Assembly (NCBI GenBank): GCA_964001285.1
Contig: CAXFAF010000003.1
Location: forward strand, 8,641 to 72,640
Source of the DNA: an uncultured bacterium
Lineage (GTDB): Bacteria; Pseudomonadota; Alphaproteobacteria; MED-G09
Direction of reading: 5' to 3'
DNA: 64,000 nucleotides
The notes below the pieces were generated by a model. It did no database searches. It saw nothing but the letters and a program-made list of their open reading frames with translations, and had not been told where the DNA came from. A program made the position numbers and the translations under genes. The first letter of the stretch is position 1. Each line of letters starts with the position of its first letter. Shown piece by piece: positions 52,782 through 62,035 of the stretch.

Positions 52782-53573
52782 ATGAAAAATTCTTCAAATA
52801 AATTAATACCTGCATCTACTGTTTTAATAGTAAGGGATGGAAAAAATGATTTGGAGGTCTTCATGGTTGTTAGACACCATGAAATTGATTTTGCATCAGG
52901 GGCGCTTGTTTTTCCTGGAGGAAAAGTTGATCAAGAGGATCTTAATATCCAAATCAATCAATTTATTAATAAAGAAAAGAAAATTAGCGATGAAGAGATG
53001 GGTTTTCGTATTGCTGGTATTAGAGAATGTTATGAGGAAGCAGGCGTTTTATTTGCAAATTCTTCTGAAAACAGTATGAGAATAACAAAGAATAGATTAT
53101 CTCAATTAGAAGTTTGGAGGGATAGATTTAACAATAAAGAGTCTTCAATGTATGATTTTGCTTCCCAAGAAAACTTAACCTTTACCGTGGATGATTTAAT
53201 TCCTTATGCGCATTGGATTACCCCTGACATGATGCCAAAAAGGTTCGATACTCGTTTTTATATTGCTGAAGCGCCAGACGGTCATAAAGGTTTGCATGAT
53301 GGGGGTGAATCCGTAGATTCTATTTGGATAAGCCCAAAACGAGCCATAGAAGATTGTAATGCAAATAAAAGAACTATTATTTTTCCTACAAGAATGAATT
53401 TAGAAAAGTTATCAAAATTTGATAATGTTGAAGACGCAATAACTTCCTTAAGAAAAGAAGAAATTGTTACCGTTGAACCCAAGATTGAAAAAAATGATGA
53501 TGGTGTATTTTTAACAATTCCTGAAAATGCAGGTTATGGAAAAATTCGCGAACCAATAGAAAATTTAAAATAA
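52782..53573 (+). CDS. NUDIX hydrolase family protein
   Basis: 263 aa with a Nudix box bearing an insertion: FPGGKVD...IRECYEEAGVL. Confidence 0.7.
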   Translation: MKNSSNKLIPASTVLIVRDGKNDLEVFMVVRHHEIDFASGALVFPGGKVDQEDLNIQINQFINKEKKISDEEMGFRIAGIRECYEEAGVLFANSSENSMRITKNRLSQLEVWRDRFNNKESSMYDFASQENLTFTVDDLIPYAHWITPDMMPKRFDTRFYIAEAPDGHKGLHDGGESVDSIWISPKRAIEDCNANKRTIIFPTRMNLEKLSKFDNVEDAITSLRKEEIVTVEPKIEKNDDGVFLTIPENAGYGKIREPIENLK

Positions 53574-53574
53574 T

Positions 53575-54342
53575 TTAAGAGTAGGTGAATTGTTCTTCTA
53601 TAATTTTTTCTTCAAGATTTGTTTCTGAATCAAAAAGCATAAATAATTCTGTATCCCTATCTTCATTAATTTTTACTGATAATACATCTCTAATTTCAAG
53701 ATTATCAGCAACCGCACTTACAGGTCTTTTTTTATTTTCTAAAATATTTATTTCTACTTCAGAATTATGTGGGATTAAGGCTCCTTTCCATCTCCTAGGT
53801 CTGAAAGCTGATATCGGAGTTAAAGCTAGTAGGTTTGAGGTTATAGGTAGAATAGGTCCATGAGCGGATAAATTATAAGCAGTACTTCCTGCGGGAGTTG
53901 ATAATAGGACGCCATCACAAATTAATTCCTCTAATCTATTTTTCCCGTCAATCTTAATTCCTAATTTTGCTGCTTGGTAACTTTGTCTTAAAAGAGAAAC
54001 TTCATTAATTGCTTTAGCTAAAACCTCTTCATTCTCTGTTTTAGCATACATCTGAAGAGGATGAACCATAGTTGAGGTTGCAGAATTAATTCTTTCCATA
54101 AGGTTATCATTATTAAATTCGTTCATTAGGAATCCAACAGAACCTCTGTTAATTCCAAATATAGGTTTTGCTTGTTCAATGTTATCATGAAGTGTTTGAA
54201 GCATTAATCCATCTCCGCCGAGCGCTACTATTACATCAGCCTCAGAAACTGAAAAATTCTTATACTCTTCCATTAAATCTTTCTTAGCCTTTATGGCTTC
54301 AGTATTTTCACTCGATACAAAATGTAATTTTTTATCTGCCAT
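53575..54342 (-). CDS. nadK: NAD+ kinase
   Basis: 255 aa with the GGDGLML motif and [17 protein letters not shown]. Confidence 0.9.
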   Translation of the reverse strand: MADKKLHFVSSENTEAIKAKKDLMEEYKNFSVSEADVIVALGGDGLMLQTLHDNIEQAKPIFGINRGSVGFLMNEFNNDNLMERINSATSTMVHPLQMYAKTENEEVLAKAINEVSLLRQSYQAAKLGIKIDGKNRLEELICDGVLLSTPAGSTAYNLSAHGPILPITSNLLALTPISAFRPRRWKGALIPHNSEVEINILENKKRPVSAVADNLEIRDVLSVKINEDRDTELFMLFDSETNLEEKIIEEQFTYS

Positions 54343-54449
54343 TTTCTAGTTTTACTATTTTTCTTGTTTAATATCACTTCCTCTTGAAAATTAATACTTA
54401 TATTACTAAAGTTTGAAAAGGGAAAAAATTAGTCAAATATGGCTTTCAA

Positions 54450-55613
54450 ATGAATATTAACTTAAATAAAATAGATTTAATGAGTTCGGAAGAGCTTAAA
54501 GATCCATCTATATCTGCTAAAAAATTGCTTAAAAGTGAACCCGCTTATTATTATGATTTATATAATCCCCCATTTTATATTCTTTCTAGATATAATGATG
54601 TTCGTACCGCATTACATGATCCTGAAACATTTATGGAAGGTTTAGGAAATGGACCAAATTTTGTTGAATCTAACGGTATTTTATCCGACGGCAAACATCA
54701 TACTTTAATAAGAAGAATAGTTCAGCCAAATTTTCTTATGGGATCTATTGCAAATTTAGAAAAAAGATTAATAGAAATTGCTGAAGAATTGTTAGAAAGT
54801 GTTGTTGCTAAAGAAGTTTGGGATATCCATGATGATTTATCTTTTCCTCTTCCAGTGATTATCATTTGTGAAATTCTAGGTATCCCTACTAATGACATAA
54901 AGAAATTCAAGAAATGGGCAGATGCTTCTGTTGCTCAAATGTGCTCAGAAGACCCTCTAGAATTTATTGAAGAATTAAGTAAAAAAGATAAATATTTTTT
55001 AGATCTTATTCATAAAAAAAGGAACGAACAAGAGGAAGACACTTTGATATCAAAAATTGCTCATGCAAAAATAGATTCCGAATATCTATCGGATGATGAG
55101 TCCGTTAATTTAGCTAGTCAAATTTTTGTTGCTGGAAATGAAACCACTACATCGTTAATTTCCAATCTAATTTGGAGAATGTTATCTATCGAAAACCTAT
55201 GGAAGGATTTTGTTGAGGGTAAGATAAATATTGATAATGCAATAAATGAAAGCTTACGCTTTGATCCTCCTTTATTAGGTTTATTTAAAACAACAACAAG
55301 AGATATTGATATTAATGGATCAACTATTCCTGCGAATACAAAGGTTTTGATGCATTATGGGGCTGCAAACAGGGATCCTAAGGTATTTAGTAAGCCCAAT
55401 GAATTTGATGTTGCTCGAGACGGAACAAAAGTAATATCTTTTAGTGTAGGAATCCATATTTGCTTAGGAAGAGAATTAGCCAAACTGGAGACTCGTGTAG
55501 CGTTAAATGTTTTAAGAAAAAAATTTCCTAATTTGAATTTAATCAATAATGGTGAGCGTGTTGGCCCTTTTCTTTTTTGGGGAAGAAGTAAATTACCCGT
55601 TTCACACAAATAA
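54450..55613 (+). CDS. cytochrome P450
   Basis: 387 aa with I-helix FVAGNETTTS, ExxR (ESLRFDPP) and heme loop FSVGIHICLGRELA. Confidence 0.9.
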   Translation: MNINLNKIDLMSSEELKDPSISAKKLLKSEPAYYYDLYNPPFYILSRYNDVRTALHDPETFMEGLGNGPNFVESNGILSDGKHHTLIRRIVQPNFLMGSIANLEKRLIEIAEELLESVVAKEVWDIHDDLSFPLPVIIICEILGIPTNDIKKFKKWADASVAQMCSEDPLEFIEELSKKDKYFLDLIHKKRNEQEEDTLISKIAHAKIDSEYLSDDESVNLASQIFVAGNETTTSLISNLIWRMLSIENLWKDFVEGKINIDNAINESLRFDPPLLGLFKTTTRDIDINGSTIPANTKVLMHYGAANRDPKVFSKPNEFDVARDGTKVISFSVGIHICLGRELAKLETRVALNVLRKKFPNLNLINNGERVGPFLFWGRSKLPVSHK

Positions 55614-55622
55614 AAGGTCATT

Positions 55623-57107
55623 ATGTTTTTAGTTATTGATCAAGGCACTACATCAACAAAAGTCGTTCTTTTCGACATAGAGGGAAAAAAGATAGATGTT
55701 TCGCAAAAGAGTTTTAAACAAATTTTTCCTGAAAATGGTTGGGTAGAACATAATCCTAAAGAAATAATTGAAACGGTTATAAATTGTTGTAATGAAATTA
55801 TTGACAGGAATCCTGATAAAAAAATTTCCTCTTTAGGAATAACTAATCAAAGAGAAACAACAGTTTTATGGAATAAGGAAACAGGAGAACCCCTTTATAA
55901 TGCTATTGTTTGGCAAGATAGAAGAACTGAAGAAACATGCAAGAAGTTAAAAGAAAGAGATTTAGAGAAGAAAATTAGTGAAAAGACCGGGCTATTATTA
56001 GATCCCTATTTTTCCTCTACAAAGATCTCATGGATAATTGAAAATATTGAAGGGATACAAGATAAAATAAAAAATGATCAGATTTGTGCAGGCACTATAG
56101 ATTCATGGATAATATGGAATTTAACCAATGGAGAAACGTTTGCTACCGATGTGACTAATGCTTCTAGGACTAATCTTTATAATATTAAGAGTCTAGAGTG
56201 GGACGAAGACTTATTGCAAATTTTTAAGATTAATAAAAAAATTCTTCCAGAAGTGAGAAATTCAGATGCTTTTTATGGAGAAACTAAAGCTTTAGTTAAA
56301 AAATTACCCATTTATGGGGTTATAGGAGACCAGCAATCTGCAGCTATTGGACAATTTTGCTTTAACGAAGGAGATATCAAGTCAACATATGGAACGGGAT
56401 CTTTTGTTTTGCTAAACACTGGTAAAAATATTGTTCATTCCAATAATGGTATTTTATCTACCATAGGATATAAAATTAAAGATGAAATATCTTATGCCTT
56501 AGAAGGATCGATTTTTATGGCAGGGGCAGTAGTAGATTGGTTGAAGAATAATCTACAAGTATTTGATAATATTAAACAAATGGAAGTTATATTAAGAGAT
56601 ACTAATATAAATCCAAATGTTGTTTTAATACCTGCATTTACTGGATTAGGCGCGCCGCATTGGAGTCCAAATAGCCGCGCATCTATTTTTGGTTTAACTA
56701 GAGACACAAATAAGGATGAGATCATTGTATCTTCGATTCAAGCTATTTCACTACAAACTTATGATCTGTTAAATTTACTAAATGATGATATTTCTCAACA
56801 TAATATAAAACCATTTAATAAAATAAGGATTGATGGAGGAATGACTGAAAACCAATGGTTTTTACAAAACCTTTCAGATATTTGCAATATAACAATAAGC
56901 AAATCTTATGAGAAAGAAGCAACTTCTTTAGGCGCTGCAATAGTATCTGGAATAGGCTCTAGAAACATTAAGGATTTAGTGGAGTTTGAGTCAATTTTAT
57001 CTAAGAGTGAAACATTTAGACCAAAAATGGAAAATAAGTTAAGAGATAAAATTATTTCTAATTGGAATTCTGCTATTAAACAAACTATGGGTATGTCTTT
57101 TGAATAA
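55623..57107 (+). CDS. glpK: glycerol kinase
   Basis: 494 aa FGGY kinase with IDQGTTSTK, GITNQRETTVLWN, VWQDRRT and GDQQSA. Confidence 0.92.
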   Translation: MFLVIDQGTTSTKVVLFDIEGKKIDVSQKSFKQIFPENGWVEHNPKEIIETVINCCNEIIDRNPDKKISSLGITNQRETTVLWNKETGEPLYNAIVWQDRRTEETCKKLKERDLEKKISEKTGLLLDPYFSSTKISWIIENIEGIQDKIKNDQICAGTIDSWIIWNLTNGETFATDVTNASRTNLYNIKSLEWDEDLLQIFKINKKILPEVRNSDAFYGETKALVKKLPIYGVIGDQQSAAIGQFCFNEGDIKSTYGTGSFVLLNTGKNIVHSNNGILSTIGYKIKDEISYALEGSIFMAGAVVDWLKNNLQVFDNIKQMEVILRDTNINPNVVLIPAFTGLGAPHWSPNSRASIFGLTRDTNKDEIIVSSIQAISLQTYDLLNLLNDDISQHNIKPFNKIRIDGGMTENQWFLQNLSDICNITISKSYEKEATSLGAAIVSGIGSRNIKDLVEFESILSKSETFRPKMENKLRDKIISNWNSAIKQTMGMSFE

Positions 57108-57145
57108 AGCTGGTTTTATATTTGTAAAAATTGTAGAGTCATAAA

Positions 57146-57901
57146 ATGAACTCAAAAATTAAAGATACGGTATCTGAAGAGGAGTGGGATGCTAGAGTTG
57201 AACTTGCGGCTCTTTATAGATTGGTCGCTCTTTATGGTTGGGATGATCTTGTTTTTACTCATATTTCGGTAAGAGTCCCATCAGAACCGGAACATTTTCT
57301 TTTAAATCCTTACGGCTTATTGTTTGATGAGATTTGCGCATCTGATCTAGTTAAAATTGATCTTGAGGGAAATAAAGTTTCTGAAACAAATTACAATGTT
57401 AATGCAGCTGGTTTTACAATCCATTCTGCAGTTCATTCTTCAGGAACTAATAATCATGCCGTTATTCATACTCACTCAAATGATGGTGTAGCCGTAGCTG
57501 CGCAAGAAAATGGATTACTGCCGATAAGTCAACATGCAATGATAATAAGAAATGATTGTGCCTATCATGATTATGAGGGAATAGCTTTGAATCTTGATGA
57601 ACGTGAAAGACTGATCGAAGATTTATCAGACAAACATTGTTTAATACTTAAAAATCACGGTCTTCTTACTACAGGAGCTACTTGTGGAGATGCATGGTTA
57701 AGACTCTTCTTTCTTGAAAGGGCATGTACAATGCAAATAAAAGCATTAACAGGCGGCTCAAAGTTAAATGATGTACCAAATGATGTGGTAGAGTTAGTTA
57801 CTGAGCAAGGCCAAATGGCTTCAGATGATGGCATTGGTCAATTAGCTTGGCCAGGACTATTAAGAAAATTAGATAAATTAGATCCTAGCTATAAACAATA
57901 A
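57146..57901 (+). CDS. class II aldolase/adducin-fold protein
   Basis: 251 aa with metal ligands AVIHTHS and LKNHGLLT. Its specific activity is not assignable. Confidence 0.75.
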   Translation: MNSKIKDTVSEEEWDARVELAALYRLVALYGWDDLVFTHISVRVPSEPEHFLLNPYGLLFDEICASDLVKIDLEGNKVSETNYNVNAAGFTIHSAVHSSGTNNHAVIHTHSNDGVAVAAQENGLLPISQHAMIIRNDCAYHDYEGIALNLDERERLIEDLSDKHCLILKNHGLLTTGATCGDAWLRLFFLERACTMQIKALTGGSKLNDVPNDVVELVTEQGQMASDDGIGQLAWPGLLRKLDKLDPSYKQ

Positions 57902-57915
57902 ATTAGGGAGTATTT

Positions 57916-60228
57916 ATGAAATTTGCTGTTGGTCAACCTGTAACGCGTATTGAAGATACCCGATTAATAAAAGGTAAGGGCACATATACTGACGATATAA
58001 AATTCCAAAACATGTGTTATGGGGTTTTTGTAAGATCACCTTATGCTCATGCTAAAATCCTAAGCGTTGATATTCAAGAAGCAAAAAAAATGCCCGGTGT
58101 CGTAGATATTTACACTGGGGCAACTTTTACTAACGATGGCATTACTCACATGTCAGTAATAGATTTTTTACAAAACAAAGACGGATCACCAATGAGTGCA
58201 AGTAAAAGACCAATCCTTGCAGTTGATAGAGTAAGGCATGTTGGGGACCCTGTTGTTTTTATTTTAGCAGAATCTGTTAATGAAGCTTTAGATGCATCGG
58301 ATCTTGTTGTTATTGAATATGAAGAATTACCAAGTAATTCTGATACCGCTAAAGCTCTTGATACAGATTCTCCAAAGCTATTTGAAGAATTTTCGTCAAA
58401 CTGCGCAGTTGATTGGGGAATTGGATCTGATGAAGACTGGGAAAAGGTAAAAAAAGAAGCTCATCATGTATCTCATGTTCATCTTATTAATAATAGGATT
58501 GTAGTTAATCCTATTGAGCCTCGTTCTGCTATATCAACTTTTGATAAAGATTCTAACAAATATACAATGCATGTTGAAAGCCAAGGTCCGCATGCAATGC
58601 GAGAAAGATTAGCCAATACTTTAAATATAAAAGAAGATGATATCCAGGTAATCACTAAAGATGTAGGTGGTGGTTTTGGTTTAAAAATGATGTGCTTCCC
58701 TGAGTATATTGCGGTAATGCATGCTAGCAGGCATTTATCACGACCAGTAAAATGGACTGCTACGCGCTCAGAATCATTTCTAAGTGACGCACAAGGAAGA
58801 GATCATGTTACGGATGCCTATTTAGCATTAGATAAAGACGGAAAATTTCTTGGCGTTAATGTTGGTACAACTGCTGCTGTAGGGGCTTATTTATCTCAGT
58901 ATGGTATTTTTATTCCTACTTTAGCAGCAGCGGGAATGCATGTGGGAGTTTATAATATCCCTGTTATGATTAACAATGTTAAAGTTGTTTACACAAATAC
59001 GGTTCCCATTGATGCTTATCGTGGAGCAGGGAGACCAGAGGCAAGTTATGTAATTGAACGATTGGTAGATCAGGCTGCTAAAGATATGTCAATGAATCCA
59101 ATTGAAATTAGAAAGATAAATTATGTTCAATCTTCTGATTTAGGAAAAACCGAGGACCCTGTTATTCCTTTTGATAGTTGTGACTTTGATAAAACAACCG
59201 ATAGATCTATAATAAATTCTTCTTTAGAAGATTTTGAAGTACGAAAAAGCAATTCAGAAGAAAAGAATAAATTAAGAGGTGTAGGTATTTCTTATTATGT
59301 AGAAAGAACTCAAGGAGAAGGGTCGGAGGATTCAAGAATAATTGTTTCTAGTGACGGACAGGTAAAAGTATTTACTGGAACTATGGCTACAGGACAGGGT
59401 CACGAAACAGCATGGACTCAAATCGTTGTTGAGAAACTTGGAGTTAATCCTGAAGATGTATCAATTATTTTTGGAGATAGTAATGATTTACCAAGTGGAG
59501 GAGGAACAGGAGGATCCAAATCTTTATATTTTGCTGCTGGTGCTATAAATGATGCTTCAGATAATGTTCTGACCAAAGGAAAAGAAATTGCAGCAAGTCA
59601 GTTAGAGTCTTCTATTGATGAGATAGAATATAATACAGATTCAGGTCCTTTGTTTCAGGTAAAAGATACCAATAGAAATATTGATTTATTTTCTGTAGCT
59701 AAGATTGCAGAAGAACAATCTAACACAAAAACATTTGATGGAATTGCTGCTTACGAACACAAAGATCCAACTTATCCAAATGGTTGTCATATTTGTGAAG
59801 TAGAAATCGATAGAGATACAGGGAATATCGATTTAGTTGATTATTATGCTGTCGACGACTTTGGAAAAATTATTAATCCTTTACTTGTTGCAGGACAAGT
59901 ACATGGAGGGATAGTGCAAGGACTTGGCCAAGCTATGTGTGAGCATGCCATTTATGAAGATGAAACTGGGCAATTAGTTAATGGTTCATATATGGACTAT
60001 CAAATGCCAAGAGCCGATGATTTTCCTCATTTTAATATTGAGTTCAATGAAGATGCTGAATGCACAACAAATTTATTAGGGGCTAAAGGCTGCGGAGAAG
60101 CAGGAACTGTGGCCTCAACTACAGCTTATGTAAATGCTGTTTTAAACGCTTTGAAAGATTACAATACTGAAGATTTAAATATGCCAATTAACCCCAAAAA
60201 AGTATGGGAGATTATCAATAATGATTAA
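57916..60228 (+). CDS. xanthine dehydrogenase-family molybdopterin-binding large subunit, form-II CoxL-like
   Basis: 770 aa with N-terminus [23 protein letters not shown] and active-site loop AYRGAGRPE (form II, not the VAYRCSFR of true CO dehydrogenases). No adjacent small (2Fe-2S) or medium (FAD) subunit. Confidence 0.88.
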   Translation: MKFAVGQPVTRIEDTRLIKGKGTYTDDIKFQNMCYGVFVRSPYAHAKILSVDIQEAKKMPGVVDIYTGATFTNDGITHMSVIDFLQNKDGSPMSASKRPILAVDRVRHVGDPVVFILAESVNEALDASDLVVIEYEELPSNSDTAKALDTDSPKLFEEFSSNCAVDWGIGSDEDWEKVKKEAHHVSHVHLINNRIVVNPIEPRSAISTFDKDSNKYTMHVESQGPHAMRERLANTLNIKEDDIQVITKDVGGGFGLKMMCFPEYIAVMHASRHLSRPVKWTATRSESFLSDAQGRDHVTDAYLALDKDGKFLGVNVGTTAAVGAYLSQYGIFIPTLAAAGMHVGVYNIPVMINNVKVVYTNTVPIDAYRGAGRPEASYVIERLVDQAAKDMSMNPIEIRKINYVQSSDLGKTEDPVIPFDSCDFDKTTDRSIINSSLEDFEVRKSNSEEKNKLRGVGISYYVERTQGEGSEDSRIIVSSDGQVKVFTGTMATGQGHETAWTQIVVEKLGVNPEDVSIIFGDSNDLPSGGGTGGSKSLYFAAGAINDASDNVLTKGKEIAASQLESSIDEIEYNTDSGPLFQVKDTNRNIDLFSVAKIAEEQSNTKTFDGIAAYEHKDPTYPNGCHICEVEIDRDTGNIDLVDYYAVDDFGKIINPLLVAGQVHGGIVQGLGQAMCEHAIYEDETGQLVNGSYMDYQMPRADDFPHFNIEFNEDAECTTNLLGAKGCGEAGTVASTTAYVNAVLNALKDYNTEDLNMPINPKKVWEIINND

Positions 60229-61480
60229 AGAGCTTTTACATCCAGAAAAATGGAATCCAAATATCGATCCTTCCTCTATTCCAATTGAAGAATTTGATAT
60301 GGCTAATTCAGATATTTTTATGTATGGAGATGCAATATACCCATTATTTGAAAGATTAAGGAATGAAGACCCAGTCCATTTTTGTCCGGAATCTTGTGTG
60401 GAGGGAGCAGGAGCTTATTGGTCAGTAACAAAATATAATGATATTATGAGTGTTGATACAAACCATAAAGTTTTCTCATCTGAAGGCGCGATTACACTGT
60501 TTGACCCAGAAGAGGATTTTACCACTCCAATGTTTATAGCTATGGATCCTCCTAAACACGATGTTCAAAGAAAAGCTGTTAATCCAGTAGTTGCACCTAG
60601 CAATTTAGTTAATATGGAGGGTTTGATAAGAGAGAGAACACAAGAAGTTTTAGATAGTTTACCAAGAAATAAAAAATTTAACTGGGTTGAGCATGTGTCT
60701 ATTGAATTAACAACCAGAATGTTAGCAACATTATTTGATTTTCCTTTTGAGGACCGAAGAAAGTTAACGCGTTGGTCGGATGTATCAACTGCAAGACCAG
60801 GTGATGGCATTGTTGAATCAGAAGAACAAAGAGAGCAGGAATTATATGAGTGTCTAGAATATTTCACACGATTGTGGAATGAAAGGGTAAACTCTGAACC
60901 AAAAACTGATTTAATATCTATGTTAGCTCATAACCCTGAGACAAGAAATATGGATCCTATGGAATATCTTGGTAATCTTATCCTTTTAATTGTCGGAGGA
61001 AATGATACTACCAGAAACTCGATGACAGGAGGTATTTTGGCTTTAAATGAAAATCCTGATCAGTACGATAAATTAAGAAACGATCATTCTTTAATTAAAT
61101 CAATGGTACCAGAAATTATCAGATGGCAGACACCTCTTGCATATATGAGGAGAACAGCACTCGAGGATATTGAATTGGGCGGAAAGCTCATAAAAAAAGG
61201 TGATAAAGTTATAATGTGGTATGTTTCAGGAAATAGGGATGACGATGTAATTAAGGACCCAAATTCCTTTATTATTGACAGAGAAAGACCTAGAACTCAT
61301 CTCTCTTATGGATTTGGAATTCATAGATGCGTAGGCAATAGATTGGCCGATCTTCAATTAGAGATCTTGTGGGAAGAAATCATGAAGAGGTTTGAAAATA
61401 TTGAAGTTGTTGGTGAGCCTTCTAGAATAAGGTCTAGCTTTGTCAAAGGTTATGCAGATCTTCCAGTAATTATACATTAA
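60221..61480 (+). CDS. cytochrome P450, CYP153 (terminal alkane/alkyl hydroxylase) family signature
   Basis: 419 aa with [12 protein letters not shown]-helix [21 protein letters not shown] and heme loop [14 protein letters not shown]. Overlaps the upstream Mo-enzyme gene by 8 nt. Confidence 0.85.
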   Translation: MIKELLHPEKWNPNIDPSSIPIEEFDMANSDIFMYGDAIYPLFERLRNEDPVHFCPESCVEGAGAYWSVTKYNDIMSVDTNHKVFSSEGAITLFDPEEDFTTPMFIAMDPPKHDVQRKAVNPVVAPSNLVNMEGLIRERTQEVLDSLPRNKKFNWVEHVSIELTTRMLATLFDFPFEDRRKLTRWSDVSTARPGDGIVESEEQREQELYECLEYFTRLWNERVNSEPKTDLISMLAHNPETRNMDPMEYLGNLILLIVGGNDTTRNSMTGGILALNENPDQYDKLRNDHSLIKSMVPEIIRWQTPLAYMRRTALEDIELGGKLIKKGDKVIMWYVSGNRDDDVIKDPNSFIIDRERPRTHLSYGFGIHRCVGNRLADLQLEILWEEIMKRFENIEVVGEPSRIRSSFVKGYADLPVIIH

Positions 61481-61488
61481 CTAACTCC

Positions 61489-61968
61489 ATGTTAGATAAA
61501 TCAAACAAAGAATTACGCAAAACCTTTGGGAGGTTTGCTACTGGCGTTGCGGTTATAACTTTTGAGAATATTAAGGGGCAAAAATTAGGAATAACTATTA
61601 ATTCTTTCACTTCTTTATCTTTAAAACCACCTATGATTTTATGGTGTCTCGACAAATCTTCGGACTTATATGAAGAGATTTTAAATATTAATCACTATAC
61701 TGTCAGTTTTCTTTCAGAATTACAGGAAGAAATTGCACATTCTTTGGCTCAAAAAAATGACCACTCCTTGGATTCAATTAAGCATAAAGAGGTATCAAAT
61801 GGATTAATAATAGAGGGATGCATTGGTTGGATATCTTGCACTAATAACAAAACTATCGATTCAGGAGATCACTCTATTCTTGTAGCTGATGTTATAGATT
61901 GTAAAGAAAATAGCGGAAAACCGTTAATTTTTTGGGGAAGTGAGTATACTAATTTAATTTCAAGTTAA
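61489..61968 (+). CDS. flavin reductase-like (HpaC/RutF-type) FMN-binding protein
   Basis: 159 aa with FGRFATGVAVIT....G...G.T.NSF.S.SL.PP..L.C. Confidence 0.8.
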   Translation: MLDKSNKELRKTFGRFATGVAVITFENIKGQKLGITINSFTSLSLKPPMILWCLDKSSDLYEEILNINHYTVSFLSELQEEIAHSLAQKNDHSLDSIKHKEVSNGLIIEGCIGWISCTNNKTIDSGDHSILVADVIDCKENSGKPLIFWGSEYTNLISS

Positions 61969-62035
61969 TTATTTGATTTAAATTGAAAATTTAAGATTTT
62001 TGTATAAAATGGTTTAAGCCCTGGGGAGGATAAAA

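Noticed and set aside
57916-60228. Calling the Mo-enzyme a genuine aerobic CO dehydrogenase (coxL)
   Set aside because: The active-site loop is AYRGAGR (form II), not the VAYRCSFR of characterised CO-oxidising form I enzymes. The coxM and coxS genes are also absent from the locus.
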